Shown: positions 1 to 12,823, numbered from the stretch's first letter. The stretch is DNA of 64,000 bases from an uncultured delta proteobacterium (GCA_963743525.1 CAVUQH010000002.1:32001-96000), one strand, 5' to 3'. The notes: generated by a model not told the origin, from the letters alone. Numbers and translations: made by a program.

Positions 1-370
<370 letters not shown>

Positions 371-378
371 CGATTCGC

Positions 379-1383
<1,005 letters not shown>

Positions 1384-1414
1384 GCCGCTCACGGCAGGAA
1401 CCTTTCTCGTACGG

Positions 1415-2257
<843 letters not shown>

Positions 2258-2261
<4 letters not shown>

Positions 2262-2944
2262 GAGGCGTGCGGCATTCCCATGAGGTGGAACGCCCCGAGG
2301 TACAGATGTTGGGTCAGCCACGCCGTTGGAGTGATGATGATCCAGCGCAGCTGCGGAATGAAAATGACGGCCATCAACACGAAGGGGCCGTATACCGCAT
2401 ACCTCTGAAAACCGGGGATCCATCGGTCCGGGAGCAGACCTTCTATGACCGTTCCGCCGTCCAGCGGCGGGGCGGGAATCAGGTTGAAGAACATCAGGGC
2501 CACGTTGAGGCCGACGCCGTACTGCAGGAACCTATTGAAATCGCTGGACACGTCCAGCACCCGGAAATGCAGGAGCGAGGCGTGGACCGCCACCAGAACC
2601 GTGGCCAGGAGCAGGTTCATGGCCGGCCCCGCCGCCGCCACCAGCATGTGGGCCGTCCGCATCCGCAATTTGCGGGTAAACGACAGCGGATTGACCATGA
2701 CCGGCTTGCCCCAGCCGAAGCCGAGGCTGGTTCCGTGGCTCATCACCAGGAACATCAGCGGTGCCAGCAAGGTGCCGATCGGGTCCGCGTGGGCCAGCGG
2801 ATTCAGCGTCACCCGCCCCTGAACCTTGGGCAGCCGATCCCCCAGCTTGTACGCCACGATCGCGTGCCCGAACTCGTGCACCGCGATCGACAAGATCAGG
2901 GTGATCATCCCCAGAAGGATCAGCCGTACGGTTTCCGTATCCAT
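2258..2944 (-). CDS. Site-2 protease (peptidase M50) membrane protein
   Basis: HEFGH and FNLIPAPPLDG motifs, hydrophobic segments. Confidence 0.92.
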
Positions 2945-2987
2945 CGAAACTGCCGACACTATGGACGTTTCACCCCCACCCCGCAAC

Positions 2988-3151
2988 GGGGACACGCACG
3001 GGGGATCCAACGCATCGGAATCGCTCCGCTTCTCAGCACAAACGTCCAATCATTTTCCGCCGCCCTGCCGTCGCCGCGGCCGCCAACGATTGGACGTTTG
3101 TGCTGAGATCCTGATTGATTTCAGCGGGTTGGGACCCCCGTGCGTGTCCCC
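2988..3151. repeat. 164-bp imperfect palindromic element (MITE/REPIN-like)
   Basis: 2988-3011 vs 3128-3151 inverted 22/24; 3031-3051 vs 3088-3108 perfect 21-bp inverted repeat; ends GGGGAC...GTCCCC. Confidence 0.85.
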
Positions 3152-4050
3152 TAGGCGCGGGGGTGGTGGCGGCGGTAGAGGTCGAGCAGCCGGGCGCGGG
3201 AGACGTGGGTGTAGATCTGCGTCGTCGACACGTCGGCGTGGCCGAGCATGGCCTGGACCGCGCGGAGGTCGGCGCCGTGCTCGATCAGGTGGGTGGCGAA
3301 CGAGTGGCGGAGCTTGTGCGGGCTGATCGGATCGCGGATGCCGGCGGCGCGGGCGTAGCCGCGGAGCAGCTTCCAGAAGCCCTGGCGGGTCATCGGCTTG
3401 CCGCGACCGGTGAGGAAGATCGCCCGCTCGTTGGGGTTCTTGACAAAGGTCGGGCGCGCGCCGGCCAGGTACTGCTCGAGGACCTCGGCGGCCACTTCGC
3501 CGAGCGGAACCATGCGCTGCTTGCGTCCCTTGCCGGTGACGCGCAGCCAGCCGGCGGCCAGGTTGAGGTCGGGCAGCGACACCCCGACCAGCTCGCTGAC
3601 GCGCAGGCCGGTGGCATAGAGGGTCTCGATCATGGCTGCGTCGCGCAGACCGCGCGGGGTGTTGCGCGGCGGCGCGGCCAGCAGCGCCTCGACCGCGCCT
3701 TCGCCGAGGACGACCGGCAGCCGGCGGCCGATGCGCGGGCCGTCGATGGTCTCGGTCGGATCGGCGTCGAGCAGCCGCTCGCCGACCAGGTAGCGGAACC
3801 AGCCGCGGATGGCGACCAGCGCGCGGGCGCGACTGCGGGCGCCCAACCCTTCGTCGGCGAGCAGCAGCAGGTAGTCGGTCAGCTCGATCGGGCCGACGTG
3901 GTCGACCCGCGCCACGCCGCGGTCGTCGAGGAAGCGGCACAGCCGAGTGAGGTCACGGCTGTACGCCTCGATGGTGTTGGGCGACAGATTGCGCTCGACC
4001 TTGAGGTGAGCGAGAAACTGATCGCACGCGGGGTCCAGCGCCAGAGCCAC
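3151..4050 (-). CDS. xerD: Tyrosine recombinase XerD
   Basis: [54 protein letters not shown]. Confidence 0.93.
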   Translation of the reverse strand: MALALDPACDQFLAHLKVERNLSPNTIEAYSRDLTRLCRFLDDRGVARVDHVGPIELTDYLLLLADEGLGARSRARALVAIRGWFRYLVGERLLDADPTETIDGPRIGRRLPVVLGEGAVEALLAAPPRNTPRGLRDAAMIETLYATGLRVSELVGVSLPDLNLAAGWLRVTGKGRKQRMVPLGEVAAEVLEQYLAGARPTFVKNPNERAIFLTGRGKPMTRQGFWKLLRGYARAAGIRDPISPHKLRHSFATHLIEHGADLRAVQAMLGHADVSTTQIYTHVSRARLLDLYRRHHPRA

Positions 4051-4118
4051 GACCCCGCATTGTCCCACGCACACCGGCGCGGGCAAGAAACCAGAGTGAC
4101 CCAGGGCCGAGCGCGGCG

Positions 4119-4502
4119 CTACACGCCGAGCAGCTCTTTGACCTTGCGCAGCACCTGCGGCGCCTGGATCGGCTTGGTGATGTAGGCGTTGGCGCCCAGC
4201 GCCAGAGCGCGAGCGCGGTCCTCGGCCCCACCCTCGGTGGTAATGACGATGATCGGCACGTCGCGCAGAGCGGCGTCGGCGCGGACCCGCTGCACCAGCT
4301 TGAGGCCGTCCATGATCGGCATGTTGATGTCGGTGAGGATGATGTCCGGCCGGCCTTCGCTGGCCAGCTTCTTCAGGGCCTCGACGCCGTCGCCGGCCTC
4401 CACCGAGCGCATCCCGGGGATGCGGCTCAAGGCGTAGACCAGGAGCTGCCTCATGGTCGGGCTGTCCTCGACTACCAAACAGGTGTACTCGGCCGCGCTC
4501 AT
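4119..4502 (-). CDS. Single-domain response regulator (CheY-like)
   Basis: [16 protein letters not shown] receiver motifs. Confidence 0.92.
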   Translation of the reverse strand: MSAAEYTCLVVEDSPTMRQLLVYALSRIPGMRSVEAGDGVEALKKLASEGRPDIILTDINMPIMDGLKLVQRVRADAALRDVPIIVITTEGGAEDRARALALGANAYITKPIQAPQVLRKVKELLGV

Positions 4503-4518
4503 GCTCCCTCGATTGCCA

Positions 4519-5382
4519 TTACTCGATTAGCGCCCGGTATTCTTCCACGGTTCCAACCGCGTCACCCGCGCCGCTGCGCGCACGCGCCGCCAGCCGCGCG
4601 GCTTCGAGAGCGCGCCCTGCGCCGGTCCACAAGAGCTCGAACATCCGCCGGTCCAGCTCTCCCAGCGCTTCCTTCTGCGACAGGAAACACCAGACCGCGA
4701 CGGCGCCGACCACGCGATCACCCTCGCGCAGCCCGAACACCACCGTCGGATCCTGCTTGCCCGGCTCGCGCCGCAGCTTGCACGCGTCCGGCTCGAGGAA
4801 CGGCTCGCCGCCGGCCGCCACCGCGCCCAGCACGCCGGGGCCCGGCGCCACCGGCACCAGCGTGTCCGGGTCGACGCCTTCCACGGCCAGGACGTGCAGC
4901 TTGCCGTCGTCGCCGATCGCGTACAGCGCAAACCGCTGGGCGCCGACGAAGTTGAGCAACACCTCGATGATCACCTGCACGACCTCGAACACCTCGAGGC
5001 TGGCGTGCAGCTGACTCTGCGCCACGTACAGGCTGGCCAGGTCGCTGGCCTCGCGCTCCATCTCGCCGTAGCGGTCGGCAAAGCGCGCGCTCTCGCTCTC
5101 GACGGTGTCGACCCGGGCCAACAGGCGCTGTTTCTCTTCTTCCAGGGCGTGGAGCTTTTGCAGCAGCTCGTCCAGGGTGCCCTGCGACGGCGCCGGCCGC
5201 CCGGCCGTGGCCAGCTCTTCCTCGAGCTGAACGATCCGCTTGCGCAGACGGTCGTTCTCGCGAAGCAGATCGCGGGTTAGCTGCGCCCCCTTCTTGAAGA
5301 ACGACTCCAAGAACTCGCGCTTCTTCGTGAGGAGGCCACTCTCCTCAGGATCGCGATCGGACGGGTCGTCCATTCGATTCAT
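4519..5382 (-). CDS. Coiled-coil plus GAF domain protein
   Basis: N-terminal heptad-rich region; C-terminal GAF-like pattern (GPGVLGAVA...VVGAVAV); no output domain. Confidence 0.65.
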   Translation of the reverse strand: MNRMDDPSDRDPEESGLLTKKREFLESFFKKGAQLTRDLLRENDRLRKRIVQLEEELATAGRPAPSQGTLDELLQKLHALEEEKQRLLARVDTVESESARFADRYGEMEREASDLASLYVAQSQLHASLEVFEVVQVIIEVLLNFVGAQRFALYAIGDDGKLHVLAVEGVDPDTLVPVAPGPGVLGAVAAGGEPFLEPDACKLRREPGKQDPTVVFGLREGDRVVGAVAVWCFLSQKEALGELDRRMFELLWTGAGRALEAARLAARARSGAGDAVGTVEEYRALIE

Positions 5383-5395
5383 CGTACCACGGGGC

Positions 5396-6496
5396 TCAGC
5401 GCGGCAGCGAGCGGGCGAACCGCACGATGGCCTCCGCCACCGCGTCCAACGGCACGATGTCGTCCACTGCGCCGGTCCGGACCGCCGACTCGGGCATGCC
5501 GTAGATGACTGCCGTGGACTCGGCCTCGGCCAGCGTCACCCCACCCGCGCGACGGACGGCGGCAACCCCGCGGCTGCCGTCGCTGCCCATGCCGGTCAGC
5601 ACCACGGCCATGGTATTCCGCCCCATCTGGGCCACCGCGGTCTCCATCATCCGGTCGATGCTGGGGACGATCTTGGGCGTGGGACGGGTCTCCTCGGCCG
5701 ACTCGATGCGCACCCCCACGGTGCCGCCGGGACGGGTCTCGACCACCATCGAGCCGCTGCCGGGAGCCACCAGACCTACACCCGGCTCCAGCGGCTCGCC
5801 GCCGGCCGCCTCACACACGCGGAAGCCGCCGGCGGTGTCCAGGCGGCGGGCGAACGGTCCGGTGAAGCTGGCCGGCATGTGCTGCGACACCAGCACCGCC
5901 ACCGGCAGGTCGCGAGGCAGCATTTCGAAGATCTCTTTCAGCGCCGGCGGCCCGCCCGTGGACGCGCCGATGCAGACCACGCCGAGGAGGTGCGGCGCCG
6001 GCATCACCGTCTCGGGCGACCGCGGCCCGGGCGCGAAGCCGGCGGCGGTCGCCGCCCGCGCGCCGCGCAGCCGCACCGGCTCGAGCCGGCCCAGTCCTTT
6101 GATCTTGGCGATCAGCTCGTGGCGAATGGTGTCGAGCTCGGGCGCCACCGTGCGCGCGGGCTTGGCGACGAAGTCGATCGCTCCCAGCTCCAGGGCCTTG
6201 AACACGCTCTCGCGCGCGGAATGCGAGCTGACCACCACCACCGGCGTCGGCCGCTTGCTCATGAGGATGCGCAGGAAGGTGTAGCCGTCCATCCGCGGCA
6301 TCTCGAGGTCGAGGGTGATGACGTCGGGCGCCAGCGCCAGCGCCTCGCGCAACCCCTCGTCGCCGTCGGCCGCCTGGCCGACCACGCGAATCCCGGGGGC
6401 GCCCGCGAGCATCGCCGTGATGCTGCCGCGCGTGCCCGGCGAGTCGTCGATCACCAGCACGCGAATGTCGCCGCCCTCGCCCTCGGCGTTCACCAT
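5396..6496 (-). CDS. cheB: Chemotaxis response regulator protein-glutamate methylesterase
   Basis: Receiver (IDDS, TLDLEMP) plus GASTGGP, QHMP, GMGSDG triad motifs. Confidence 0.95.
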   Translation of the reverse strand: MVNAEGEGGDIRVLVIDDSPGTRGSITAMLAGAPGIRVVGQAADGDEGLREALALAPDVITLDLEMPRMDGYTFLRILMSKRPTPVVVVSSHSARESVFKALELGAIDFVAKPARTVAPELDTIRHELIAKIKGLGRLEPVRLRGARAATAAGFAPGPRSPETVMPAPHLLGVVCIGASTGGPPALKEIFEMLPRDLPVAVLVSQHMPASFTGPFARRLDTAGGFRVCEAAGGEPLEPGVGLVAPGSGSMVVETRPGGTVGVRIESAEETRPTPKIVPSIDRMMETAVAQMGRNTMAVVLTGMGSDGSRGVAAVRRAGGVTLAEAESTAVIYGMPESAVRTGAVDDIVPLDAVAEAIVRFARSLPR

Positions 6497-7344
6497 CGGC
6501 TCCTCCGCGGAGGTCCGGGCTTGCGGTAGACGGTGTCGTTTTCCAGCTGCACCAGCTCGAAGTCGGTCGGCAAGTTGAGAAGCGTCTCGGAGTGGCCGAG
6601 GAGCAGATAGCCTCCCGGCGCCAGGCGATCATAGAACGACTGCACCACCCGCCGCCGCACCGCGGCGTCGAAATAGATGAGTACGTTGCGACAGAACAAC
6701 ACGTCGACGTCGCCGACCAGCTCGAGCGGCTCGTCCTGGACCAGGTTGAGGCGGGCAAACGCGACCGGCGCGCGCACATCTTCGCGCACCTCCCACAAGT
6801 TGCCGGCGCGGCGAAAGAAGCGGTCGCGGCGCAGCGCCGAGGTCGACCGCAGCGCCGAGTCGCGGTAGCGCGCCTGGCTGGCCTGGCGCAACACCCGGCG
6901 CGAGATGTCGGTGCCGACGATGCGCACGTCCCAGTCGCGGAATCCGCCCTGCTCGACCAGCAGCATCGAGATGGTGTAGGCCTCCTCGCCGCTGGCGCAG
7001 CCGGCGCTCCACAACGACAGCACCTTCTCGTCCTTCTCGGCGCGCAGCTCGGGCAGGATCTCCTCGGCGAAGGCGCGCAGCTGGTACTCCTCGCGAAAGA
7101 AGTAGGTTTCGTTGACCGTCACGCGATCGACCGCCTCTTCCAGCTCGCGCCGGCCGTGCGAGCCGGTGCGCAGCAGGCGCGCGTACTCGGAGAAGCTGCG
7201 CGCGCCGGTGGCATCCAGGCGCGGCGCCAGCCGGCGCTCGAGCAGATAGCGTTTGTCCTCGTTGAAGTGCAGGCCGGCGTAGCGATGAAAGAGCTCGCTG
7301 ATCAGGCGAAATTCGCCCGCAGTCATCTCCACGCCCGCTGCCAT
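6490..7344 (-). CDS. cheR: Protein-glutamate O-methyltransferase
   Basis: TVNETYFFRE, WSAGCASGEEAY, FCRNVLIYFD, LLLGHSE. Confidence 0.95.
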   Translation of the reverse strand: MAAGVEMTAGEFRLISELFHRYAGLHFNEDKRYLLERRLAPRLDATGARSFSEYARLLRTGSHGRRELEEAVDRVTVNETYFFREEYQLRAFAEEILPELRAEKDEKVLSLWSAGCASGEEAYTISMLLVEQGGFRDWDVRIVGTDISRRVLRQASQARYRDSALRSTSALRRDRFFRRAGNLWEVREDVRAPVAFARLNLVQDEPLELVGDVDVLFCRNVLIYFDAAVRRRVVQSFYDRLAPGGYLLLGHSETLLNLPTDFELVQLENDTVYRKPGPPRRSRW

Positions 7345-8927
7345 CAGCGCGGTTCCGGCTCCCGCTCGCTGCGCTCGGCGTCGCTGAGGGCAGCGCGGAT
7401 CGCCGCGGCCATCTCGGCATCGTCCTCGACCGGCAGGCGTTCGCGCAGGTGCTGGTGACCGGCGCCGCCCAGCGTGCCCAGGGCGCGAATCGCGGCCAGC
7501 CGCGCGTACGGCTCCGGATCTTCGAGATGCGGCGCCAGGACGTCGGCGACGTCGTCGCCACCGAGCTCCGACAGCGCCAGCGATGCCGCCGCGCGGACCT
7601 CACCCAGCGGCGAGGACAGACCGACACCGGTGAGCAGCGACGTCGCCTGGGGCGCCAGCCCGCGCACACCCAGCCGTCCCAGCGCGGTCGCCGCGGCCGC
7701 CGCCACCTCGGGCAAGCTGTCGTCACCCAGCGCCGTGGCTGCGCGGGCCTCGGCGCCGGCACCGCCCACTGCACCCAGCGCGCGCAGCGCCGCCGCCGCC
7801 GACCGCTCGTCATCACCGACGACGGCCTCGCCCAGCGCACGGTCGACGGCGTCGCCGCCCTGCCCCAGCGAGGCAACCGCGTCGTACAGGTCGGCGCGCA
7901 GATCCGGCTCGATCCGATCGGCCGCGGCCAGCACCGCGTCCACCGCCACCGCGCCCATGGTCGCCAGCGCGGCCAGGCACGCATCGGCGACGCTGGGATC
8001 GGCGAGCCCTTCGGCCAGCGCGGCCACGAACTCGCGGGCGCCGGCTCCGCCCAACACCACGGCAGCCGCCCGGCGCGCTTCCGGATCGGACGAGGCGAAG
8101 ACCGCGACCACGTGGGCGCGGGCGTCGGGCCCGAGGCCGCCGAGCATGCGGCGGATCTCCCCGGCCTCATCGTCGTCGGCGTGCCGCAACAGGGTCGCCA
8201 GCGCCACCGTTGACGCCGTGTGCAGCGCCCGCCGCGAATCGCGCAGGGCGTCGACCAGGTGCGGAACCGCCACCGGATCGCGACTCCAACCGAGCAGCCG
8301 GATCGCCGCCTTGCGCAGGACCGGCTCTTCCAGGCTGGGGCGAATCTCGGCCACCGTCACTTCGACCTGCAGCACCGCAAGCCCCTCGAGCGCGGCCAGG
8401 CGCAGGGTCAAGTCGTCGTCGGCCAGCAGCCTGCGCAGCGCAGTCTTGGCGCCCACCCCGCCGACCTGGCGCAGCGCCTCGGCGGCGGCGACACGCAGGT
8501 TGGGATCGTCGTCGGCCAGCAGCCGGGTCAGCACCGGGGTGGCATCGCCCTCGCCGATGGCGCCCAGGGCATCGACCAGGAACTTGCGGTGGTCGCCACC
8601 GGTGGACACCTCGCCCAGGAGCGGCGCCACCGCCGGCCGGCCGATGCGCGCCAGCGACTCGAGCGCAGCGTTGCGCCGGCCGACCTCGGTGGTGTCGCGA
8701 ACCACGGCGATCAGCGCCAGGGTCGCGGCCTCGATGTCACCCCACCGCGCCACCCGCGCGGCCGCTTCTTTGCGCACCCGCCAGTCGTCGTCGCCCAGCG
8801 TGTCGACCAGCAGCTCGAGCAACTCCGGCCGCGCGTTGCCGGGCAGCTCGATCACCGCCCGCCTCCGGTCCTCGGGATCCTCGGCCGCCAGCTGCGCGCG
8901 CAACAGGCGCAAGTCGAGGCCGCTCAC
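7344..8927 (-). CDS. HEAT-repeat protein
   Basis: Repeated LxDxDxxVRxAAxxAL units throughout. Confidence 0.9.
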   Translation of the reverse strand: MSGLDLRLLRAQLAAEDPEDRRRAVIELPGNARPELLELLVDTLGDDDWRVRKEAAARVARWGDIEAATLALIAVVRDTTEVGRRNAALESLARIGRPAVAPLLGEVSTGGDHRKFLVDALGAIGEGDATPVLTRLLADDDPNLRVAAAEALRQVGGVGAKTALRRLLADDDLTLRLAALEGLAVLQVEVTVAEIRPSLEEPVLRKAAIRLLGWSRDPVAVPHLVDALRDSRRALHTASTVALATLLRHADDDEAGEIRRMLGGLGPDARAHVVAVFASSDPEARRAAAVVLGGAGAREFVAALAEGLADPSVADACLAALATMGAVAVDAVLAAADRIEPDLRADLYDAVASLGQGGDAVDRALGEAVVGDDERSAAAALRALGAVGGAGAEARAATALGDDSLPEVAAAAATALGRLGVRGLAPQATSLLTGVGLSSPLGEVRAAASLALSELGGDDVADVLAPHLEDPEPYARLAAIRALGTLGGAGHQHLRERLPVEDDAEMAAAIRAALSDAERSEREPEPR

Positions 8928-9673
8928 GACCCATCTCCTTCGTCGTGGTGGTGGGCGTGGAGGATTTCGCTGAGCGCCTCGCCGAAGTAGTCGCGCGCCT
9001 GCGCGATCTCCGACGGCACGCGCAGGCCGTACAGGCGTCGCGCTTCACCGACGTCGGCCGCCAGCTCCGGGGGGAAGTCGCCCGGCGCTCCGTCGGCGCG
9101 CCAGCGCGACACCTCGTCACCGACGTACAGCATCAGGTCGGCGACCAGGAGACGCGCCAGGTTGCGCGCACGCTCCTCGCCCTCGCTGCGGCTGCGGTAG
9201 CTGAAGCTCAGGCGGTCCTCGCCGGCGGCGCGGATCGCCTCGGCCTTGTGCTCGCCGGTCTCGCTGATCTGCCGTCGCCGCACCAACAGTCGCTCGCCGT
9301 GCCCGGTCAGCGCCCGGTCGAGCTTGCCCGGCAACTGGTCGACGATGTGGTGCTGCTCGACGTAGTCGGACGCGCCGTACAGGCTGGTCGGCCGGCGCTT
9401 GTACGCGGTGCGCGAGTAGACCGAGGCGATCAGGATCACCGCGGTGTGCAGGCCGGCCGCGGCGATCTCCTCGCACAGCTCGTAGCCGAGCACGCCGGGC
9501 AGCGCGACGTCGACCACCAGCGCCGCCGGTGGCGGCGTCGCGCGCAGGACCAGCCGCGCGCTCTCGCCGTCGGCCACGCCGATGACCCGGTGCCCCGCCG
9601 CACGCGCGACCGCCACCGCCGACTCGCGCAGCGCGGTCTCGCCGTGGGCGACCAGTACCAGGGACCCGCTCAT
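8924..9673 (-). CDS. Atypical response regulator with C-terminal helical domain
   Basis: Degenerate receiver (VAHGE in place of acidic pocket; VVDVALPG); C-terminal ARNLARLLVADLMLY. Confidence 0.7.
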   Translation of the reverse strand: MSGSLVLVAHGETALRESAVAVARAAGHRVIGVADGESARLVLRATPPPAALVVDVALPGVLGYELCEEIAAAGLHTAVILIASVYSRTAYKRRPTSLYGASDYVEQHHIVDQLPGKLDRALTGHGERLLVRRRQISETGEHKAEAIRAAGEDRLSFSYRSRSEGEERARNLARLLVADLMLYVGDEVSRWRADGAPGDFPPELAADVGEARRLYGLRVPSEIAQARDYFGEALSEILHAHHHDEGDGS

Positions 9674-10158
9674 GCCGGGGCACTCTCCATGCCGCGCAGC
9701 TGGTCCTTTTCGTCGTCGCTGAGAATGGCGTCGAGGTCGAGGACCATCACGATCTCCCCCTCCGATTTGACCACGCCGGAGAAGAAACGACGGGCCATGC
9801 CCAGCGGCGGCGGCGGCTTGATCTCGCTCTCCGCGATCTGCCGCCGGTCGGCGACGTCGTCGACCGCCAGGCCGACGATGCGGCCCTCGAGGCCGACGAT
9901 GACGTACTTGCTCCGCTCCGAGCCCGCGGCGCGCGCGTCCAGGCCGAAGCGCCGGCGCAGATCGATGAGCGGCAGGAAGGCGCCGCGCAGCTCGACGATC
10001 CCCTCGACGAACGACGGCGCCATCGGCACGCGGGTGATCGGCACCGGCCGGATGATCTCCTTGATGCGCATGATGTCAACCGCGTACAGGGAGTCGTCGA
10101 CGACGAAGCAGACCACCTGCACCGACGGCCCGGCCTCGTTGGTTCCGCCGTCGGTCAT
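9670..10158 (-). CDS. cheW: Chemotaxis adaptor CheW
   Basis: ITRVPMAPSFVEGIVELRG, VGLAVDDV. Confidence 0.92.
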   Translation of the reverse strand: MTDGGTNEAGPSVQVVCFVVDDSLYAVDIMRIKEIIRPVPITRVPMAPSFVEGIVELRGAFLPLIDLRRRFGLDARAAGSERSKYVIVGLEGRIVGLAVDDVADRRQIAESEIKPPPPLGMARRFFSGVVKSEGEIVMVLDLDAILSDDEKDQLRGMESAPA

Positions 10159-10673
10159 CGCACCGTCCCCACCTTGAAGCCGACCACCTGCGCCAGCTCG
10201 AGCAGCACGATCAGCTCGCCCTCGACGCGGGCGACGCCGGCGACGAAGTCCGTCGCGACCCCGCTGGGCAGCGGCGCGCTCTCGATCTGCGGATTATCGA
10301 CGCGCTCGACTCGAACCACCCGGTCGACCACCAGGCCGAAAGGCTCGCCGTCCTGGTCGACGATCAAGATGCGGGTTTCGCGCGACGGCTCGACCGGCGG
10401 CAAGCGCATCCGCCGCCGCAGGTCGAGCACCGGAATCACCAGCCCGCGCAGGGTGATGACGCCGAGCAGGAACGCCGGCACCCGCGGCAGCTCGGTGATC
10501 TCGCGCATGCGCGAGATCTCGCGCAGCTCGGTCATGTCCAGCGCGTAGGTCTCGCCGCCCAGCGCGAACGTCAGCAATTCGCGATCGTGATGACGGCGCG
10601 ACCGCCGGCCGGTGTAGGCGGCGAGGAAGGTCTCTTCCGTGGCCAGCGCCCGGCGCCCGCCGTCGGCCATCAC
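10155..10673 (-). CDS. cheW: Chemotaxis adaptor CheW (second copy)
   Basis: ITELPRVPAFLLGVITLRG, FGLVVDRV. Confidence 0.92.
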   Translation of the reverse strand: MMADGGRRALATEETFLAAYTGRRSRRHHDRELLTFALGGETYALDMTELREISRMREITELPRVPAFLLGVITLRGLVIPVLDLRRRMRLPPVEPSRETRILIVDQDGEPFGLVVDRVVRVERVDNPQIESAPLPSGVATDFVAGVARVEGELIVLLELAQVVGFKVGTVR

Positions 10674-12823
10674 GCCGCCTCCGCGGAGCCGCCGCGACCG
10701 AGGGCGGCCTCGACCAGCGACGGGATATCCAGGACCAGCACGGTCTTCTGCCCGGCCAGCTCGGTGGCGCCGGCGATGCCGGCCAGCCCCGACAGCGCCC
10801 GGCCCAGCGGCTTGATGACGATGTCCTGCTGGCCGACCAGCTCGTCGACCACCAGGCCGACGCGGTGCTGGGCGATGCCGACGACGACCACGTACATGTG
10901 ATCGCTCGACAGGTCGTCGACGTCGACCAGCGGCGAGGCCACCGTCGGCGGCGCCACGGGCTCCGCCGGCGCGGTCAGCCCGAAGACGTCGGCGACTCGC
11001 ACCAGGCGCAAGGTCTGGCGGCGCAACGACACCACCTCGCGACCTTCGATGGTGCGCACGTCCTCGGGCTCGAGCATCAGGCTCTCGACCACCGCGTTGA
11101 GCGGGATGGCGTAGGTGCGGCCGGCCACGCGAGTGATGATGGCGCCGATGATCGCCAGGGTGATCGGCAGCGTGATGGTCACCTGCGTGCCCAGGCCGGT
11201 CGCAGACGACACGTCGATGATGCCGCTGAGGTGGGCGATGTTGGTCTTGACCACGTCCAGGCCGACCCCGCGGCCGCTGATCTCGGTCGCCTTCTCGCGG
11301 GTCAACATGCCGGGCAGGAACAACAGATTGTGCAGGTCGCGGCGGGTCATCTCGCGCAGCTGCGCCTCGTCGATCAGCCCGCGCGACACCGCGGCGCGGG
11401 CGACCGCCTGCTCGTCGATGCCGCGGCCGTCGTCGGTGACGCTGACCAGCACCCGGTTGCCCTGCTGCAGCGCGCGCACGGCGATGGTGCCGATCTCCGG
11501 CTTGCCCGACGCGATTCGCTCGGACGCGGTCTCGAGCCCGTGGTCGATGGCGTTGCGGATGATGTGCATCAGCGGGTCGGACAGCTCCTCGACGATCAGC
11601 TTGTCGAGCTCGACCTCGGCGCCGCTGATCTCGAGACGAATCTCCTTGTTGAGGCTGCGCGACAGCTTGCGCACCACGCGCGACAGCTTGTCGAACACCT
11701 GCCGCAGCGGCACCATGCGCACCTCGAGGATGCCGTCCTGCAGCTCGGTCAGGCGCCGCTCGAGGGCGCGCACCTCGTAGCGGAGGATCTGGCTCTCCTC
11801 GGTCAGGCCCCGCTCGATGAATCGCTCGAGCAGCGCCGCCAGCCCGGTGTGGACCAGGGTCAGCTCGCCGACCGCGGTCATCAGCGCGTCGAGCTTGCGG
11901 ATGTCGACGCGCACCGACTGGCTGACCGAGCGCAGACTGGTCATCACGTCGTCGGCGGCATCGGCGACCGCGTCGGCTGTCTCCAGCACCAACTCGGGCG
12001 GGCGCATCGGCGTCGGCACCGGCGGCGGCAGGTCGGCCGGTGGCATCGCGATCGGCGCCGCCGACTCGCGCCGAGGAACCCGCCCCAGCTCGATGTCGAT
12101 GCCCTCGAGCGCCCGTGCCAGCTCGGACTGGACCGCGTGCGACGCGACCAGGATGTCCAGCTCGAGCACGTTGGGATCGGAGGCCGCGCCCGACGGCAGG
12201 TAGGTAATGATTTCGCCGACCGGTTTGACCCGGACCTTGATCGCCTCGATTCCCTTGTCGATGGCCATCAGGTCGAACACGCCGTGCAGGCGATAGATGG
12301 TCGTGCCGCGGCGGATGCTCTCGCGCAGACGGTGCTCTTCGTACTCGGTCAGGACGCTGAGCAGCCCCGGCTCGATCAGGTAACCGCCCAAGCCGTCGTC
12401 GGCGCCGACCTCGTCGCGGGCGACCGGCGGCGCCTCGGTGGCCGCCTGCAGCCGCGCCAGGTAGTTCCCGACCTCGGCGGCGTCCAGATCGCCGCCACTG
12501 GCCGCCGCCTCGAGGCCGCGACCAAACAGCTCGACCGCCTCGAACAGAACGTCGAGCACCGCCGGGTGCGGCTCGGCCCGGCCCAGGCGAATGGCGTCGA
12601 GCAGACTCTCCAGGCGATGCGCCAGCTCACTCTGCTGGGTCAGGCCGAACATCCCACACAGGCCCTTGAGCGAGTGCACGGCGCGGAAGCAGGCGTTGAC
12701 CCGGTCGGGATCGATGTCGCCGGCGGCGCGCTCGCGGTCGAGCTCGAGCAGGTTGCCGCCCAGGGTTTCGACGATCTCCTGCGCTTCGGAGAGGAACTCG
12801 GTGAGTGCCTTGTCGGGAGCCAT
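10670..12823 (-). CDS. cheA: Chemotaxis histidine kinase CheA
   Basis: Hpt FRAVHSLKG, HIIRNAIDHG, DDGRGI, SGRGVGLDVVK, C-terminal CheW domain; start MAPDKAL at 12823. Confidence 0.95.
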   Translation of the reverse strand: MAPDKALTEFLSEAQEIVETLGGNLLELDRERAAGDIDPDRVNACFRAVHSLKGLCGMFGLTQQSELAHRLESLLDAIRLGRAEPHPAVLDVLFEAVELFGRGLEAAASGGDLDAAEVGNYLARLQAATEAPPVARDEVGADDGLGGYLIEPGLLSVLTEYEEHRLRESIRRGTTIYRLHGVFDLMAIDKGIEAIKVRVKPVGEIITYLPSGAASDPNVLELDILVASHAVQSELARALEGIDIELGRVPRRESAAPIAMPPADLPPPVPTPMRPPELVLETADAVADAADDVMTSLRSVSQSVRVDIRKLDALMTAVGELTLVHTGLAALLERFIERGLTEESQILRYEVRALERRLTELQDGILEVRMVPLRQVFDKLSRVVRKLSRSLNKEIRLEISGAEVELDKLIVEELSDPLMHIIRNAIDHGLETASERIASGKPEIGTIAVRALQQGNRVLVSVTDDGRGIDEQAVARAAVSRGLIDEAQLREMTRRDLHNLLFLPGMLTREKATEISGRGVGLDVVKTNIAHLSGIIDVSSATGLGTQVTITLPITLAIIGAIITRVAGRTYAIPLNAVVESLMLEPEDVRTIEGREVVSLRRQTLRLVRVADVFGLTAPAEPVAPPTVASPLVDVDDLSSDHMYVVVVGIAQHRVGLVVDELVGQQDIVIKPLGRALSGLAGIAGATELAGQKTVLVLDIPSLVEAALGRGGSAEAA

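Noticed and set aside
3151..4050. Tyrosine recombinase as a prophage or island integrase
   Set aside because: Has XerD-type motifs and core-gene context (S2P, scpAB); no phage genes or att repeats seen
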